A DNA stretch of 64,000 bases from Dimorphilus gyrociliatus (Eukaryota; Animalia; Annelida): assembly GCA_904063045.1 (NCBI GenBank), contig CAJFCJ010000002.1, positions 682,001 through 746,000 of the forward strand, written 5' to 3'. Position numbers and translations under genes: made by a program. Positions within the stretch are counted from its first letter, which is position 1; every line of letters starts with the position of its first letter. Below, piece after piece: positions 17,693 through 32,300 of the stretch. The notes below the pieces were generated by a model. It was not told the origin of the DNA. It was given only the letters and a program-made list of their open reading frames with translations, and did no database searches.

Positions 17693-20015
17693 ATGTGGCT
17701 GTTTAAATTTATAGCAGGAGTATTATCATCTTTTATTACATATGCAGGTCCTCTTAACTTTGAGAATATTCTAATGGCGGATTTATTCAAGGATTATAAT
17801 AGAGATGCTAGACCTATTGCGAACGTTTCACAGCCAGTTGAAGTGTCGGTAGCATTCTATCTCACAAAAATTCTCAATTTGGTGAGTAATTCACAAAACA
17901 TACATTGAGTAAATAGTATTCCTAATTGCCACTTGTTCTTAAATAACGATTCTACAATCTGCTTTAATTGCATATATTCGTAAAAAATGATTATTATTTT
18001 GACGAACGAAGATGTTTAAATAAAGCCATTAAACTTTAATTATTAAAAAGTTACAAAGAGAAACAATTCGATGTTATTTTGGTTTAATATCTCTAATAAA
18101 CAGTGAAACCTTTCTTCAACTCGAGAAAGGGTTCTATAGGCTAATGAAAATTCTCAGAAAGAGGGGGCTTTTCAGATTTCCTCCATTTTGGAGTTTTTTC
18201 GAGAATTTAGGCAAGAGATATACTGATAAAAAGGTACTCTGATAAGGCATCTTTTAATAATATATGTTTAGGGATTGTCTAATGGCTTTAAACAGCCATT
18301 GCATGTGAATGTTCGTCGGTTAAGTTGATAGTTTATATTATAAATTGTAAGTAGCAATTTAACATAAAACTTTCAAGTATCCAATTTAACGGGGTATAAT
18401 GCAATAAAAGAAGGCTTAGTTGACAATGATTCCTTATAATTCTTTTGTTATAATGTTTTTGAACAATATCTAATTCCTGTAATTTTATCCATAGCATATA
18501 TTACACGAAATTTCTTAATTCACTTGCATATCGCTTTAAATAAAGCGTTAGCTTTCCTATTTTTAGCATTAGATATTTTTAGGATGAAAAAAATCAAGTT
18601 TTGACAACGTTTGGATGGCTGGAAGTAGTAAGTTTATATCTTGTTTCTCGTAATTGTTTTAGTACTTTACCTATTAAATATATATAGCACTGGAAAGACG
18701 AATTCTTGACATGGAACTCTTCGGATTACGGCGGCCTTATGAGGATTATAGTTCCTCCAAGAGTAATATGGTTACCAGATTTTGGTTTAGAAAACAGCGC
18801 TGAAACTATCTATGACGAACAAGCAGACAAAAAATTTCGGGCAGGAATTGATTTTGATGGTGGAGTTCAATGGGTTCCGGGAGGAAAATTCGTAACTTCC
18901 TGTGAATTAGATATCACCCTTTATCCCTTCGACAGTCAGAAATGTGAAATGGATTTCGTTGACTGGACTTATGATGGAAGATTTGTTTCATTGACAAATG
19001 GTACTTCTTCCGTGAGTTTAGGTGTGTATAAAAAGCACGGAGAATGGGATATCCTAAAAACTGAGGCAAAATCGACAAAGCAATATTTTGATTCTGACCC
19101 TGGAATACCTTTTCCTACTGTTAAATTCATCCTTCACTTAAGAAGAAAACCAAAGTTTTATATGATCAATGTTGTTGCCCCTTGCCTTCTTATGTCTATT
19201 CTAGCTTTGCTGGTTTTTTATTTACCACCGGATAGTGGTGAAAAGGTTTCTCTGGGAATAACAGTACTTCTAAGCTTCAGTGTTTTTCTTCTTCTGATAG
19301 CAGAGAATGTTCCAAAAACTTCTGACTATGTGCCTTTAATTGGTAAGAGAAAAACTTTCTTGTTTGGAAAATTTAAGACCTACGTTATGAAACTATAATA
19401 TAAAAATATTTTTTTGTAATAATGAAATAGTTTATAAAATAGGTAATTGTGACTTCTCTCATAGGTGTTTATCTTACAATGGTTATGGTAATGACAGCAC
19501 TATCAATAGTAATAAGCGTCGTCATTCTTGACTTGCATCATCACGAACCCAATAGACCCGTTCCTAGCTGGTTAAGAAGAATAGTTTTTGGAATGCTATC
19601 GAGGCTGATGTTTATTGAAACTCCATATAAAAACGAGCCCACATCGTCGTTTTTTAGGCAAAAAGTAAAAAATGGATCAAAAAAGGCTATTAAAATAGAA
19701 ATAGAGGAAGACCGTATGTTGACAGACATGAATCTTCAAAGAAATAGTTCCTATACAGATGATTGTTTAGAAGTTTCTGCTCTTCAAAAGAAGAAGCATT
19801 ATGTATTTGATGAAATTTTGCTTCACCTGAGAGAGATAACCGCAAAGATGAAAAAAAACATAAGGCGGGAGCAACTAAACGAAGAATGGAAAATGGTTGC
19901 AAAAGTTATTGACAGATTTCTACTTTTAATATTTCTTCTTGCCATAATTGGCTTGACATTATCTATATTGTATATATATCCCAAATTAAATCATGCATTT
20001 GATAATCCCAAATGA
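17693..20015 (+). CDS. Nicotinic acetylcholine receptor-like subunit 1, non-alpha; exons 17693-17881 (5' end uncertain), 18583-18627, 18688-19342, 19465-20015
   Basis: Contains WLPD, the Cys-loop CELDITLYPFDSQKC, WTYDG, RRKP-M1, M2 DSGEKVSLGITVLLSFSVF and M4 EWKMVAKVIDR. Loop C has no vicinal CC. Confidence 0.93.
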
Positions 20016-20169
20016 AAATAAATAGAATATAGGTCTTTTCAGAACTATGTAAGCTAGAGGGCGTTATTGCAGCTGATATTTTTGGATAAATAGAACACTT
20101 TTCATCAGCTAGTGACTACATTCGCCAACTAGTTGACTTAATGTAAAACAGGGTAACTGTGAAAGAAAT

Positions 20170-22502
20170 ATGTCTTTGGAGCGTTTGAAAATTTTTTTAT
20201 GTTTGTTGCTTTGTCTGAGTCTAACAAGAGGAGCTTTACATAAAGGTAATTTAATTTGCTCAGCTTATTTAGCATTTGCAAAATACATAATCAGCTGAGA
20301 TCAAAAATACTGAACAGTGGCAAAAAGAAGTGTTTCTATTTCCTTATATAGAAATCAATTTTTTTCGTTTGTCGTTTTACTTTTTGAAGAAATGACTTCA
20401 AGCTATAATAAAGATAAAAAAGCCATTGTTCTTAAATCAATGAATCAATTCTCTATTGTATATGTGAAACGTTCTAAACAGAGAGAACAGGTCAGGGTAT
20501 TGAAAACATTCTTATAAACAATCTATTAAAGAATTATAGTAAGTATGGGAGACCAACGAAAAATGTTTCGGAGCCTGTTTTACTGTCTATTGCTTTCTAT
20601 CTGACACAGCTAATGAGTCTAGTAAGTACCAAACTAATCAAAATTTCTACTTATTTGTAAATGGACAAGGCTCAGCTAGTTCATTATATTATACAGTAAT
20701 GATATATTTCCACATAGGAAGAAAAAAATCAAATATTAACAACTTTTGGGTGGCTAGAGACGGTAGGTTATAAACCATAAAAATGAGACTTTAGATCGAA
20801 AGTTTCAGTTTTGGATGGACGACTTTCTCGTTTGGAATCCGGAAGAATATGAAAATCTTACCCAAATCGTTTTAACTCCAGATCTCATTTGGCTTCCGGA
20901 TTTTGGTATTGAAAATAGGTTTATAAATAGATGCTAAAAAAACTACTTACCTAAATTTGATATCTCTTCCAGTGCTAAATCCATATATGACGAATTGCAC
21001 TTTAAAAGATTTAGAGTTAGTATTCTTCATAACGGATTATTAAATTGGGTTCCCGGCGGAAAATTTTTAACTTCATGCAAACTTGATATCACATTTTATC
21101 CTTTTGACGATCAGGAATGCAATATTGATTTTGTTGACTGGGCTTATCATGGATTACAGGTGTTATAATATAATATTAGACATACAAAATGTCACTGGGA
21201 TAAATAATAATAAATTTCCCTAGGTAAATCTTATTAATGGATCGTCAGAAATTGGGCTAGATGCTTATACAGAATCAGGAGAATGGAAAATTATAGGGAC
21301 TAAAGCAGTCAGTGAGGATCAATTTTATGAAAGTGACCCCGGAGTACCTTTTCCCCGTGTCAGATTTACACTCTTTTTGAGAAGGAAACCTATGTTTTAT
21401 TTGATAAATATTATAACACCATGTATGACTATGTCCTTACTGGCTTTGTTGGTATTCTATCTACCTCCTGACAGTGGGGAAAAAGTTTCTTTAGGGATTA
21501 CTGTCCTTTTAAGTTTTAGTGTCTTCCTTTTATTGGTTGCGGAAAATGTTCCAAAAACATCAGAGTTCATTCCCCTTCTTGGTAAATAAGTTATATTTTA
21601 GAAACGACAGATATCGGTTACCTGTAACATTATAATTTCCAAATGCGTTTAGAAATTATCACTTTTTTCGAAGTTGTCAAATAATAATCAAGTGCAAAGT
21701 TTGAACATATAGTCAAGTATAGAATATAGTTGATATAACAGATTGTGTAAGGAAGAATACTTTTTAATACGAAAATATAGAAAAGCTTAACAATGGAGGG
21801 AGCAAAATTATCTTTAAAAACTTTTAATTTTGAACTTACCCTCTCAGATTATTATTATTATTAAACTTTATTTTATTAACTTTAATTTTAAGTAAAATTG
21901 TGTCTTAAATACTCACACTGACCAAAGAGCATCGTATTGTTAATTTTTTTTACAGTTGTGTTTACTAGAAATCGTTATCATATTATAGGCAATTCTAACT
22001 TAAGATATCTGGCGAATCTTTAGTTAGATTTTCGCTTCTAAATTAATATGGTTTACCTACAGGAATTTACTTGACTCTTGTTATGGCGACAACAGCGGCT
22101 TCTATTCTTATCTGCGTTATAGTATTAAATTTACACCATCGAGATTCAAAAATACCGGTTCCTAAATGGTTACGAAATTTCTCGAGATTAACTGGAAGCT
22201 GTCGTTGTGCTTTTCTGGATGAAAGTGATAATCAGTTGGACAGGAAAATAACAACTATTAACAAATGTACGGCTCCACAATTTTCTGAAAAAGCTGACCT
22301 TTTAGAGGAAATATTAAATCATGTAACATCTTTATCACAAAAGTTGCAAGAAAAAGACGATCAAAAACGCATTAAATCTGAATGGAAAGCAGTTGCCAAA
22401 GCGATGGACCGATTTTTTCTTACGATATTCTTATTAATTATAGTCTTTTCATCCATCTTCTTGCTCTTTGTATATCCACTAGTTGCCAGAAAAGGGAAAT
22501 AA
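20170..22502 (+). CDS. Nicotinic acetylcholine receptor-like subunit 2, non-alpha; tandem paralogue, 7 coding exons
   Basis: Signal exon 20170-20245 (MSLERLKIFLCLLLCLSLTRG); Cys-loop CKLDITFYPFDDQEC; DWAYHG; loop C FYESDPGVPFP; M2 region nearly identical to subunit 1; M4 EWKAVAKAMDR. Confidence 0.93.
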
Positions 22503-23443
22503 TATGCATATCAGAATTAAAAAGTAAATTTTAACTATCTTTAAGCAAATTCTATCTCTACTAGGTGCAAACATTTAATGATCTTTTTTAAGCATTATTA
22601 TCAATATCTTGCGAAAGATTGTTACTATAGCAGAAACTATATTATGAGATGCTATGCGCTTTTATGAACAAGAAATACAGAATCATTAACATAGCGTTCT
22701 GATTTTTTGTATATTCCAATTATTAAATATAATTTTATGGTCAAGTGAAACTGCTAAAGCTAACTTATTTCAGTATGATTTGCTAAAATTTGAGAAAATG
22801 CTACTCTAAATGAATTCTTCTTATAAAAAGACGTTAGACGTCACTAGAAACGCCTCAGGCCTCGTTTTCACTACATCTAGCGTCGAAAGCATCATGTGGC
22901 ATTGGGAAACCAGTCTAGACACGGCGTTTTTTCGCTACAGTATCACCAGTCTTCGCCAATAGCTGTCACAGTATAGACGCCTTTAAAAACCCTCTTGACA
23001 CCTGAAAATATCGGATTTAATTAATCTCCTTTTATTCCGTTCCATTCGTAAGTACATGCAACATGCTGATTTCCTTTACAAGAAAAAGAAACACTGTTAA
23101 TGAATCATTTTCCTCGGAAAAAATCGAAATGACTCGTCTTTCGAGCGTCTATCGATCGAGCCGTCACTGACGTTATTTTTTCGTTTACGATTTAAGCAAA
23201 GAATAATTTGTATATATATGAAGGAAGGGATGAATTTAATGTTTCTTGAAGTTGAAAGATTAAATAGTCTACGAAATAGATGAAATTTATTCGTGATAAA
23301 TTATTAATAGCAGTTTAATTATGATAAAATTCCCTCAATTTCACAAATGTTCAATGAAATTAGTAAAACGTACATTTAACAAGAATAATCTCTTTTAGAA
23401 AAATTAGTTGACTCTTATTTTCTGTTACAGAATAGCAAAAAAC

Positions 23444-26400
23444 ATGCAAGCCAACGATCCAATGTATGCTGGCTATGGCGGTGAGGTGGAAGATGTTCAA
23501 CCCAACTTAAAAGCTGAGCGCCCCGATAGCTTACCAACTCGTAAAAATGAAAAGCATCGAGACTTTCTCGATTCCCTTTTCACAAATGTTAACTATGACC
23601 TTCTTCTATCCAAAGTCTTCTACTTTTTTTTCTTTGGAGCTTTCGGTTGTCTTTTCCCACTCATGGCCGTGTACTTCAAGCAATTAGGAATGAATGCAAG
23701 CCAGGCAGGATTTTTGATCGGTGTAAGACCTTTCATTGAGTTTTTCTCGGCACCTTTTTGGGGAGGAATAGCAGATAAATGGCAGAAAGGCAAGAAATTG
23801 CTATTATTTAGCCTTTTCTCCTGGGTCGCTTTCATGATGGGATTAGGATTTGTGACAACTCCTGCAAGTGCTTGTTTACTTTCCAATGGATCAAAAATTA
23901 TGCTAGTTGATCCATGGTCAGAGACAGTATCAAAAGAACCATCAAGAATAAAGAGAGAGATTCAATATGTTGGCGACTCCAAACAGTATTATCTACCATA
24001 TCCCTATCCAAGAGGACATTTTGGGCAATCTCCATTGCCTCTAGAAAAAAATGAAATTGTCAACTCAAAAAATTTTGATTTATCAGAACTTGTTTCACCT
24101 CCGTTTTCAAGCGTTGTATACAAAACGAGGGACATACAACGAGTGTTTCTTCTAGTTATCATATTAGTAATCATAGGTGAATTCTTCAGTAGTCCAGCAG
24201 CAACGCTAGCAGATTCGGCTGTACTCGGTTATCTTGGTGATGACCTAGAAAACTACGGAAGACAGAGGCTATTTGGTAGTTTTGGCTGGGCTTTAGCAAT
24301 GTTTTTTGTTGCAATAGCTCTAGATCATTCTCACATTTTTCCAGATCATCCTTGTGGTAGTCAACAAATAGGAGAGCGAAACTACACAGTTTGTTTTGCT
24401 GTGTTTAGTGTGTTGATGGCTTGTGCCTTTTTGGCGGCAACTCAATTGAGATTCATGTAATCTTTAAAAACAAATTTCTTACTAAAATTAATCATAATAT
24501 TTTTATTCTAGATATGAGGGAGAGCCTCAAGAACCGATTCCTCTCACTATAATCAGAAATAAACTGTTTGGAAGAAATGATCCCATCCCTCAGACACAGA
24601 CCGCTTCCATAGATCCAGAAAAGGATGATGGACAAATGTCTGCTCCAACCTCCTCAACATTTATACCAAGAGGAAAACCGGGTCAAAGTGGGACTTTGAA
24701 AAATTGGCTGATAGTACTTAGGGAATGGGGAGAAACTGCGTATGCTGCAATGCTATTTCAAGCTTGGTTTATGGGTTTTGGAGTTGGTTTAGTCTTTGCT
24801 TTCCTGTTTTGGCATTTGCAAGTGAGCTGATACAACACATTTTAAATTTACCAAACATGTATACCATAAGAACAAGATAATTTTTCTAGTGACTCATAAT
24901 TAAACTTTTTCAACAGTTAATACTTTAATAAGTCTTCATTCTATCAGGGTCTTGGAGGAGCTCCATCGCTTTTTGGCGTGGCATCTGTAATTAATCATGT
25001 TTCAGAGGTGGTAGCTTACTTTTTCAGCAAGAAAATTTTGTTTAGCATAGGTAAGATTTCGCGGCCTTTCAATTAAAATCTGTACTAAGCCAGAATACTT
25101 ATACTGTAGATTAAAACTTTTACTTTTGAAAAAAAACAAATTATTAGCACAGACTTTCAGAAAGTAATATTAATTTTCACTGAAGCTAAACAGTTACAAG
25201 TCTAATGAACGTTTTCTTATCAGAAGAGGAAAACTTTCTTGTGTGTTGAATGATATGCATCTGTTAGTTATTCTTCAATTTTAAGTTGTCTTATCTAATA
25301 ATATGACAATCTACGAATTTTACTATTGTAATTTTGAATCAACTTTAAATAAGTTTAACTCGTCAAATATCTTGCATACTTCTATAGTCATAAGGATCCT
25401 CAACATAGCAACTGAGAACAGTTGAAAGATCATAGCTAATCGATATTTTAGTGAGCTGTACGACATACCTGATCTGTAACTGTTGTAACAAAATGGTTGA
25501 GTGATTGATAATTATTCACGTTCCTTAGATTTATTTCCTAATGGGAAGATATTATTTCATCTTTCGACTTCTCACAGAAACTTTTTATAGTTTGAAAATC
25601 TCAGATTGTGTTTTATTTCATAAAAATAAATAGGCTTTAAAAAAATTTAGAAGTTAAAGAACATATTGTTCATTTAGTATTTTACTCTGTAAACTCTTGT
25701 ATTATCTGTCTTAGGATATTTGAATAAGTAATTTGTAAATATTTAACAATGAAAAATATTTTTATGCGACTAATTAACGAATATGAGACCCTATGAGACT
25801 ATTCTTTCAAAATAGGTCATGTTAAGGTTCTCTATTTGGGATTATTTGGCAACGCCTGCCGTTTTTTGTATGTCAGCTGGTTGTCTAATCCTTGGTGGGT
25901 TCTCCCATTCGAATTCGTCCAGGGATTAACACATGCTCTAGTTTGGGCTTCTGCCTGTTCGTATCTGACACAAGGAATCGAGACAAAGAATAGATCGACT
26001 GCACAGGGCATTCTACAATTAATTCATCATGGACTAGGCAGAGGAAGCGGAGCAATTATTGGTGGAGCTTTGGTTCAATATTTTGGTCAGTATCTATATA
26101 ATAACAAAGTTGATTTCATCTTAAAATGAAACAGGCACGGAATATACATTTAGAGGCTACGGAATAGCATGCATCGTCGTTCTTTTAGGATATATTTTTA
26201 TCAATTGGTATTTTGGTGGCCGACCACGGCAAATGGAAGACATACCAGGAGCCGAGAAACCTGATGAAGTTATGGAGGAAACTTCTCATTTAGCTCCATG
26301 TGGTGTTCCAATGAATCCAATGTCTCGAAATTTAAGTAGCAGCCGACTCTCCGATCTAGCTAATCAGGACAAAAACAATCAACAGGGGAGATATGGCACA

Positions 26401-26712
26401 ACTTCTGATTCTAATGGGTACGCCGGAGGCAGAGAGGAATTGCCAAGATATCCGGAAGGCTATGGACCTGACACTGGTTATGGTTATGCGTTGAGCCCCA
26501 CTGGAAATAACAATCTTCGACCCCTAAAAGAAGTAAGGTTCTTTTAAAAAGTGAATAAAATGTTGAATCATTTTTTTAAGGTTATGGAGAAAAGTAAAGA
26601 TGTCACAACGTTGTTGATAACTGGCCAACCGACTGTTTTAACGAAAGCGTATCTACAGCAACCAGAACCTCTCTTTGGTCGGGATTCGGAGGAAGAAAAT
26701 GAATGGAACTGA
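23444..26712 (+). CDS. MFSD6: Major facilitator superfamily domain-containing protein 6-like
   Basis: LLSKVFYFFFFGAFGCLFPLMAVYFKQLGM, PFWGGIADK, ENYGRQRLFGSFGW, WFMGFGVGLVFAFLFWHLQ and WVLPFEFVQGLTHALVW are MFSD6-family segments. Exons join in frame; stop at 26710-26712. Confidence 0.92.
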
Positions 26713-27106
26713 ACAGAAATTGCTCTTTATAAGTAGAAGTTGTTAAAGACATTTAGGTCAGAAAAACTGTAGAGAAAATGATTATATTGTTTAAAATAAT
26801 TTCCTTTCAAATCTGTCGTCAAAGCTAATTTTAGATCACTTAGAGAATTGTAGTTTGTACTGTTTCATTATTAAAGGGAAAAATAAAATTTATGATAGTA
26901 TATTCAAAGTGTAATATTGACGTTTTACGCTGGGTCTATTTTTAATAATTAAAAGTAAAAGATGGCGTTTTAGCAAAAATATGTTTGTTGTTACAGTATA
27001 GATGGCAGTACTGAATATTAAGCCTACCTATATGACAATAATGATTGTCAATAAAGAGATCAATTGAAGGTTCTTGGTGACTATCAACAAGTTTATATCA
27101 TGAAGT

Positions 27107-28839
27107 ATGACATTTGCTCCACGTAATTCTCAATTTAAACTGCCTTCTAAAACAAGGTAGTATCTTTAACATGAATCGTTAGTATAGGTAAATTTTTTAA
27201 TTCGTAATAGAAAGTCGATAAATACGACCAATTATAGTCAAAAAGTTGATATATTCTCTGGTTGGAAGACTGAAACTGATCTAACAGAATTCTGTTACTG
27301 GGCGGAACAGCGCCAGCAAACCAAAACTAAATATGGTAAGTTTAAACAGAGATATGATAAATAGCTCTTTGGATGTTGGCTAGATTCTTAATTTCCTTAA
27401 ATATGTGGAATTTCTAACTTTTGTTGGGCAATGTAGTTGATAAATAAACTAGTTAACTATAGTTCCTAAATTTAACTTCAGAAACGAAGAGATTGTCCAA
27501 ATTATGCGTACATTATGAATTACTTTGTAACTTTGGGCCTATTTGCGAATCTCTTATCGATCGTAGTGATAGAATAATACAGCAGTATAAGACTGAAAAG
27601 CAGACTGATAATAAGACTAATAAATCCAATACGTTGCTTAAAACGAAGGAAGTAAAAAGCAGAGTCATAGATGAAGACTGGATTGATTGCGGAATACCTC
27701 ACAGAGAGGATAAAACTACAGATGACTTTGGTATGAAGAAAGGAATTTCAACTACTTCATTTGATGAGTTATCTCAAACTGTTCAGCGTGGTGAGAACAA
27801 CTTGTTGCATGATCAAAACCGCACCACCCCTCCTTTGGATTCTCAAATTGAAGAAAAAGAGGTAATTTTATTTTATAACGGTTCCTAAATTTTCAATTTT
27901 AGTTAAAACATCTTTTTCAGTGCTTGAATAACTCAAAATCTACGCGCTTAACTCCAGATAAAGTGTCAGTAGTTGGAGAAAATGGTAAGCCTAGTAGTGT
28001 TACAGAGTTGGAAAGAAATCTTTCAAAAACTAAAAGACTGTTGTCCCTCCATCGTTCAAATCCTAATGAACAGAGCAAATCGAACGTTATTGATGTGATA
28101 TCAAAACCATCTATTAAATACAGTTATACTCAATCGAAAATAGAACTGAACCCGAATAACATAACAAAATTAGAACGTGTTCCAGAAAATTTGAGAAATT
28201 TGTTATCCAAGACCAAAACAAAACCTCAGTCTGCTCCCTCTGCATACCATGGTATTTGTTGTATGAAAATAGAGAAGAAACAACCTAATTCACTTCCAGA
28301 ACAAATAGAAAAGAGAGTATTTCCAAAAAAAACTATCTCTTTGAAAAAAGTGACATTACGAGGAAATCTTGGAGATGAAGAGAATGAAGAAGTCATAACA
28401 ACATTTCCTTTTTTTTCAGCATCAAGACCATTGAAAGATACAGATAATTTAGATAACTCGAAGAAATCTGTATTTCCGATTGTGCATCTACTGCAGGAAG
28501 ATTTGGAGAGTGTTGAACCTTTTAGTTGTAAACTGGGTCCGCCTGGCTTTAGGCCAGGTATAGGAGGTAAAAACGTTTTACATAGAGCAAGAGATGTTGC
28601 AAATAAGAGAATGATGAACACAATTGGATTATTTAACAATTCGACTAGTTCTGCATCGTCCTTTAGACGGACCTCGAGTGCATCAAGAAAATTAGGTAGA
28701 TTACAATGTTCAAGTGGTACAAAGTAAGCTAGTATTGTACATCTGTTTTTATATTTCTAAAAGACATTTTGCTCTTTGCAGAATTAGGACAAGTGAGGAA
28801 CTAATTACTAATTTAATTCATGATAATGATTTAAGCTAA
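27107..28839 (+). CDS. Uncharacterised, largely hydrophilic protein, 5 exons
   Basis: Exons starting at 27107 (MTFAPRNSQF), ~27211, ~27482, 27921 and ~28783 join in frame across GT-AG introns and include the 131- and 267-aa ORFs. No domain recognised. Confidence 0.7.
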
Positions 28840-29343
28840 TCTTCCTTCTACTTAACAATCAACTTATCTGCAACAAAACTGTTGATATTTTTCCCGATTG
28901 CCAACATTAGCTTTAATCTTCCATTTTCTTTCTTTAGAATATAAGAAAAAAGTAAATGACGCAAACAAACTAATTTATTGTAATCATTATTTATTCGGAA
29001 TGTTTAGAATAAAACTTACATTGAAACCCAACATGTTACGTTGACCTTTATGGTATTTCTCTCTTAGAAAAGACTTGTTACTGAGTAAACATACTTTATT
29101 TCACGAATAACGCGAATAAATATATATTCTTTATTGAAAAAGAAGTGATTTAAGACGGACAAATCAAAGATTGCAAAGGTTTTATCGGCCATAACTTTCT
29201 ACTTAGAAAAAACAACTTAAAATCTTACAAAACAGCTTAAAGTTGCATTTAAAAACCGAGAATATACCAACAGTGCTATAATTAATAGATAACTACTCAG
29301 CTTTGAATTTTAGAAATATGCACAAACTAAGAGTTTAAATCTA

Positions 29344-32300
29344 CTAGTATTTAAGATTACTTCTAATATTTTCAATTTTATCTTGTTCAAGCCTGCAAAT
29401 AACCAGTGTAGTGATATACTTTACCTGAAGGAAAAATAGAAGGCATATAATTTGTGCAAATACATTGAATAGCTAACCTTAGCGTAAAGTGCTGTTACTG
29501 ATCTAGTACTACGTTCAACAGCGTCTATATTAATCTCATTTATCAAATCCATTGCTTCGATAGCATTTTCAATTTTGACATTTCTGGTTAGTTCCGAATG
29601 TGAATCTGTAATAAGAGATGCTGATTTTCTGGCGAATATATTTCCAATATTCTCTGAGCTTCTCAGATTTTGTCTTGGTTCATTTAAAATTAGAAGTGAT
29701 GCCTTAACTGTCTTCAGAAGAACGTCTCTAGGATTCGATCTTAAAATGAATTTAATTTCTTCAATGGATGAGTTATTTAGTGGGATGATATGTCTGTGTT
29801 GCATAAAATTTTTGATTTCCAAGATTTTTTGTGCTGCTTGGAGTTGACTTTCTAGTTCTCTATTAGGTAAGTGCCTTTTAACTCGTTTAATAATATTTTG
29901 AAGTGTTGAAGCGTCAGTGTCACTGGAGACTGACTGTTCTAGATCTGAAATTTTTCAACCAAGTAACAAAGAAATGTGTAAAAGCTGAATGTTTTTAAAT
30001 ACTTAATTTTATACGTTGAATGAGTTTGTTAATGCAGTTTTTAGCTAAATTTCTTAAATGTTGAAAATTTTTAAGGGTGTTTTCATCATAAAACCATTCC
30101 TCAACAATATATTCAAGGGCGGTAACTTGATCGGATATTATTTTTTCTAAGCTTTTAATATTTTCACTTTCAACACATTCCTGTATTTCTGTTAAAAAGA
30201 TATTGCTAAAGTCTTTATTTCGAATATTTAAACTAAACTACCTGTACTAATTTTCTGTTGAAGGTGTGTTAGTTCATTTTTGACAGTAGTTTCAAAGCTT
30301 GCATTGGAAGAAAAATGTATTTCAGTTTTAGTATATCCTTCAAAAATAGACTTTATGTCATTTGCCGATCTCATTTTATCAACTGCGACTCTAAAACTGA
30401 TAGTTTCTCTGCCTTCTAGAATTTCTTTCAGCTCTGCTTGTATCGAGAATAATCAAGGAATATTTAATTTAAAATACAATCTAACCCTTCTTTATAGATT
30501 CAAAGACATCATTTAACAAAAGGCTAGCTTTCTTGTGGATGCTTTCAAATTCCCTAGTTTGAATTTCACCATATATTTTTTGTAATAATTTGACTTGATT
30601 GTGTAGTTTTTCATCATTTTTTATTGCAAGTTTAAACTTGGATAGATCATTATCCTTAATAGCAGATAAAATTTCTGAGAAAGAGTAAATAGATACACTA
30701 GCCTGAGAAAAAGTTAAATACTACCTTCTTCATTTCGTAAATGCTTATTTACTAGGCTTTTTTTTAATTCTGAAGGAAGTATTGTAATATGTGTATCACA
30801 TAATTCTTCTTCAAAAAGATTTTCAAGCAACTTAGATATTTTTATCAAGTCTGTACTTTCACATACAATTTTCTCAAGGGTTGTTTCGTTTGTTTCCTTC
30901 CTGCTTTTGAGACAATCAATAATAGCTGTTTTTATAACACACATTTATTATTATTCCTGTCAATTATTAAACTTTTACATACTTTTGCGATTATTTTCAC
31001 TTTGACGACGTAACATATTTTCGGCCACCTCAATAAGAAATTTAAATTTAAATATAGAGACATTTTCATTTTTCAATTCTTCTATCAATGACTCAAAGGT
31101 TGTTAGCTGTTTTTCTATAAGGGCATTTCTTAATTTCTCGGTATATGTTTCGAGTTTTTCATAATTTATTTCTACTTTCTCCTGTTCTGTTAAGTCAATT
31201 TCTCGAAAAGAGTTTCTAATAGGAATCTTAGATTTTTTCTATTAAAATTAATCGTTGAACTTGTTTAGAATTTTAATAATTAAAAAGCAAACCTTTAAAT
31301 TTTCTTCAGACACATAGTCTATTTCGTGTATATAAAGTAGGAAAACTAATCCATCTTTAGGTATTTTCTTATAGATAAAAATTTTATACTTTCCAAATAT
31401 ACTTTTGAAGTTAACCTGAATTGTTTGATATTCGTTCATTATAAATTGAATATTTTCTTTCGCAATCTCCTCTTCCAAATAATTCTTAACTACAATAAGA
31501 TTTGGTGTATCTCGAAGGACCATTTCTATTTTCATGCTAGGAGCAGACGTCACACTTCTAAAAACCGGGATCTCAAAGATTGTCAATGGCAATGATTCAG
31601 TAGTTTTATCCATTACTATAAGAATTCCAGATAAAACATGTTGTAATAAATATCGCCTCTTATTCTCTTTGTTTGTCTTTGTCATAAATAAATTGAATCC
31701 ATATTCTTTAGGAATAGTATTACTTAGCGTAATTTTTGTTGAATTAATAGTTTTTACGCAAGTTAAGTCCTTGGATTTAGATAAAATTCCACTCTGCATT
31801 GAATTAGTTGTTAATTCTGCAAATAGTTCTATATCTTTATGATGCTTGAACTCCATTTCGATATTTTCATCAGTTTTAAAAATCCAATCAGTTACTCTAG
31901 ATTTCGCTTCTATTCTAATCTGAAGAGAAGGTATAGACATAATTTTACCAATGCAACCTTCAACAGTTCGTGGGAAGGGATTTATTGCACAGTCTTCTTC
32001 TAATATTATCAGATAATTGCAAATGTTACGACGATTCCCTCTCCATATAGCAAATAACTGAAAGCCATACTCTCCTTTCTTATGTAGTCTGAAAAAAAAT
32101 GAACTTTGTCCTTCTCTGACTTCTTGTTTCAATCTAGACTGCAAAGTTGTCTCCTCAACGCCTTTTCTTACTAATTTTCCAATGATTTTTAGATCATTTT
32201 TGTTGGCAATGGTTATTTCCAAGTCTCCCCTAGCTATTCTAATGACAGCTTCCTCATATCGAGGGATCGCCAAGCCGAAGTCTTTCATACTCAAATTAGG

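Noticed and set aside
17693-22502. Alpha-type nAChR assignment
   Set aside because: Neither subunit has the vicinal loop C cysteines.
28226-28639. Antisense ORFs in the track (also 7868-8113, 23620-23886, 31534-31842, 51798-52130, 62513-62804)
   Set aside because: They are shadows of real exons on the opposite strand, with no motifs of their own.
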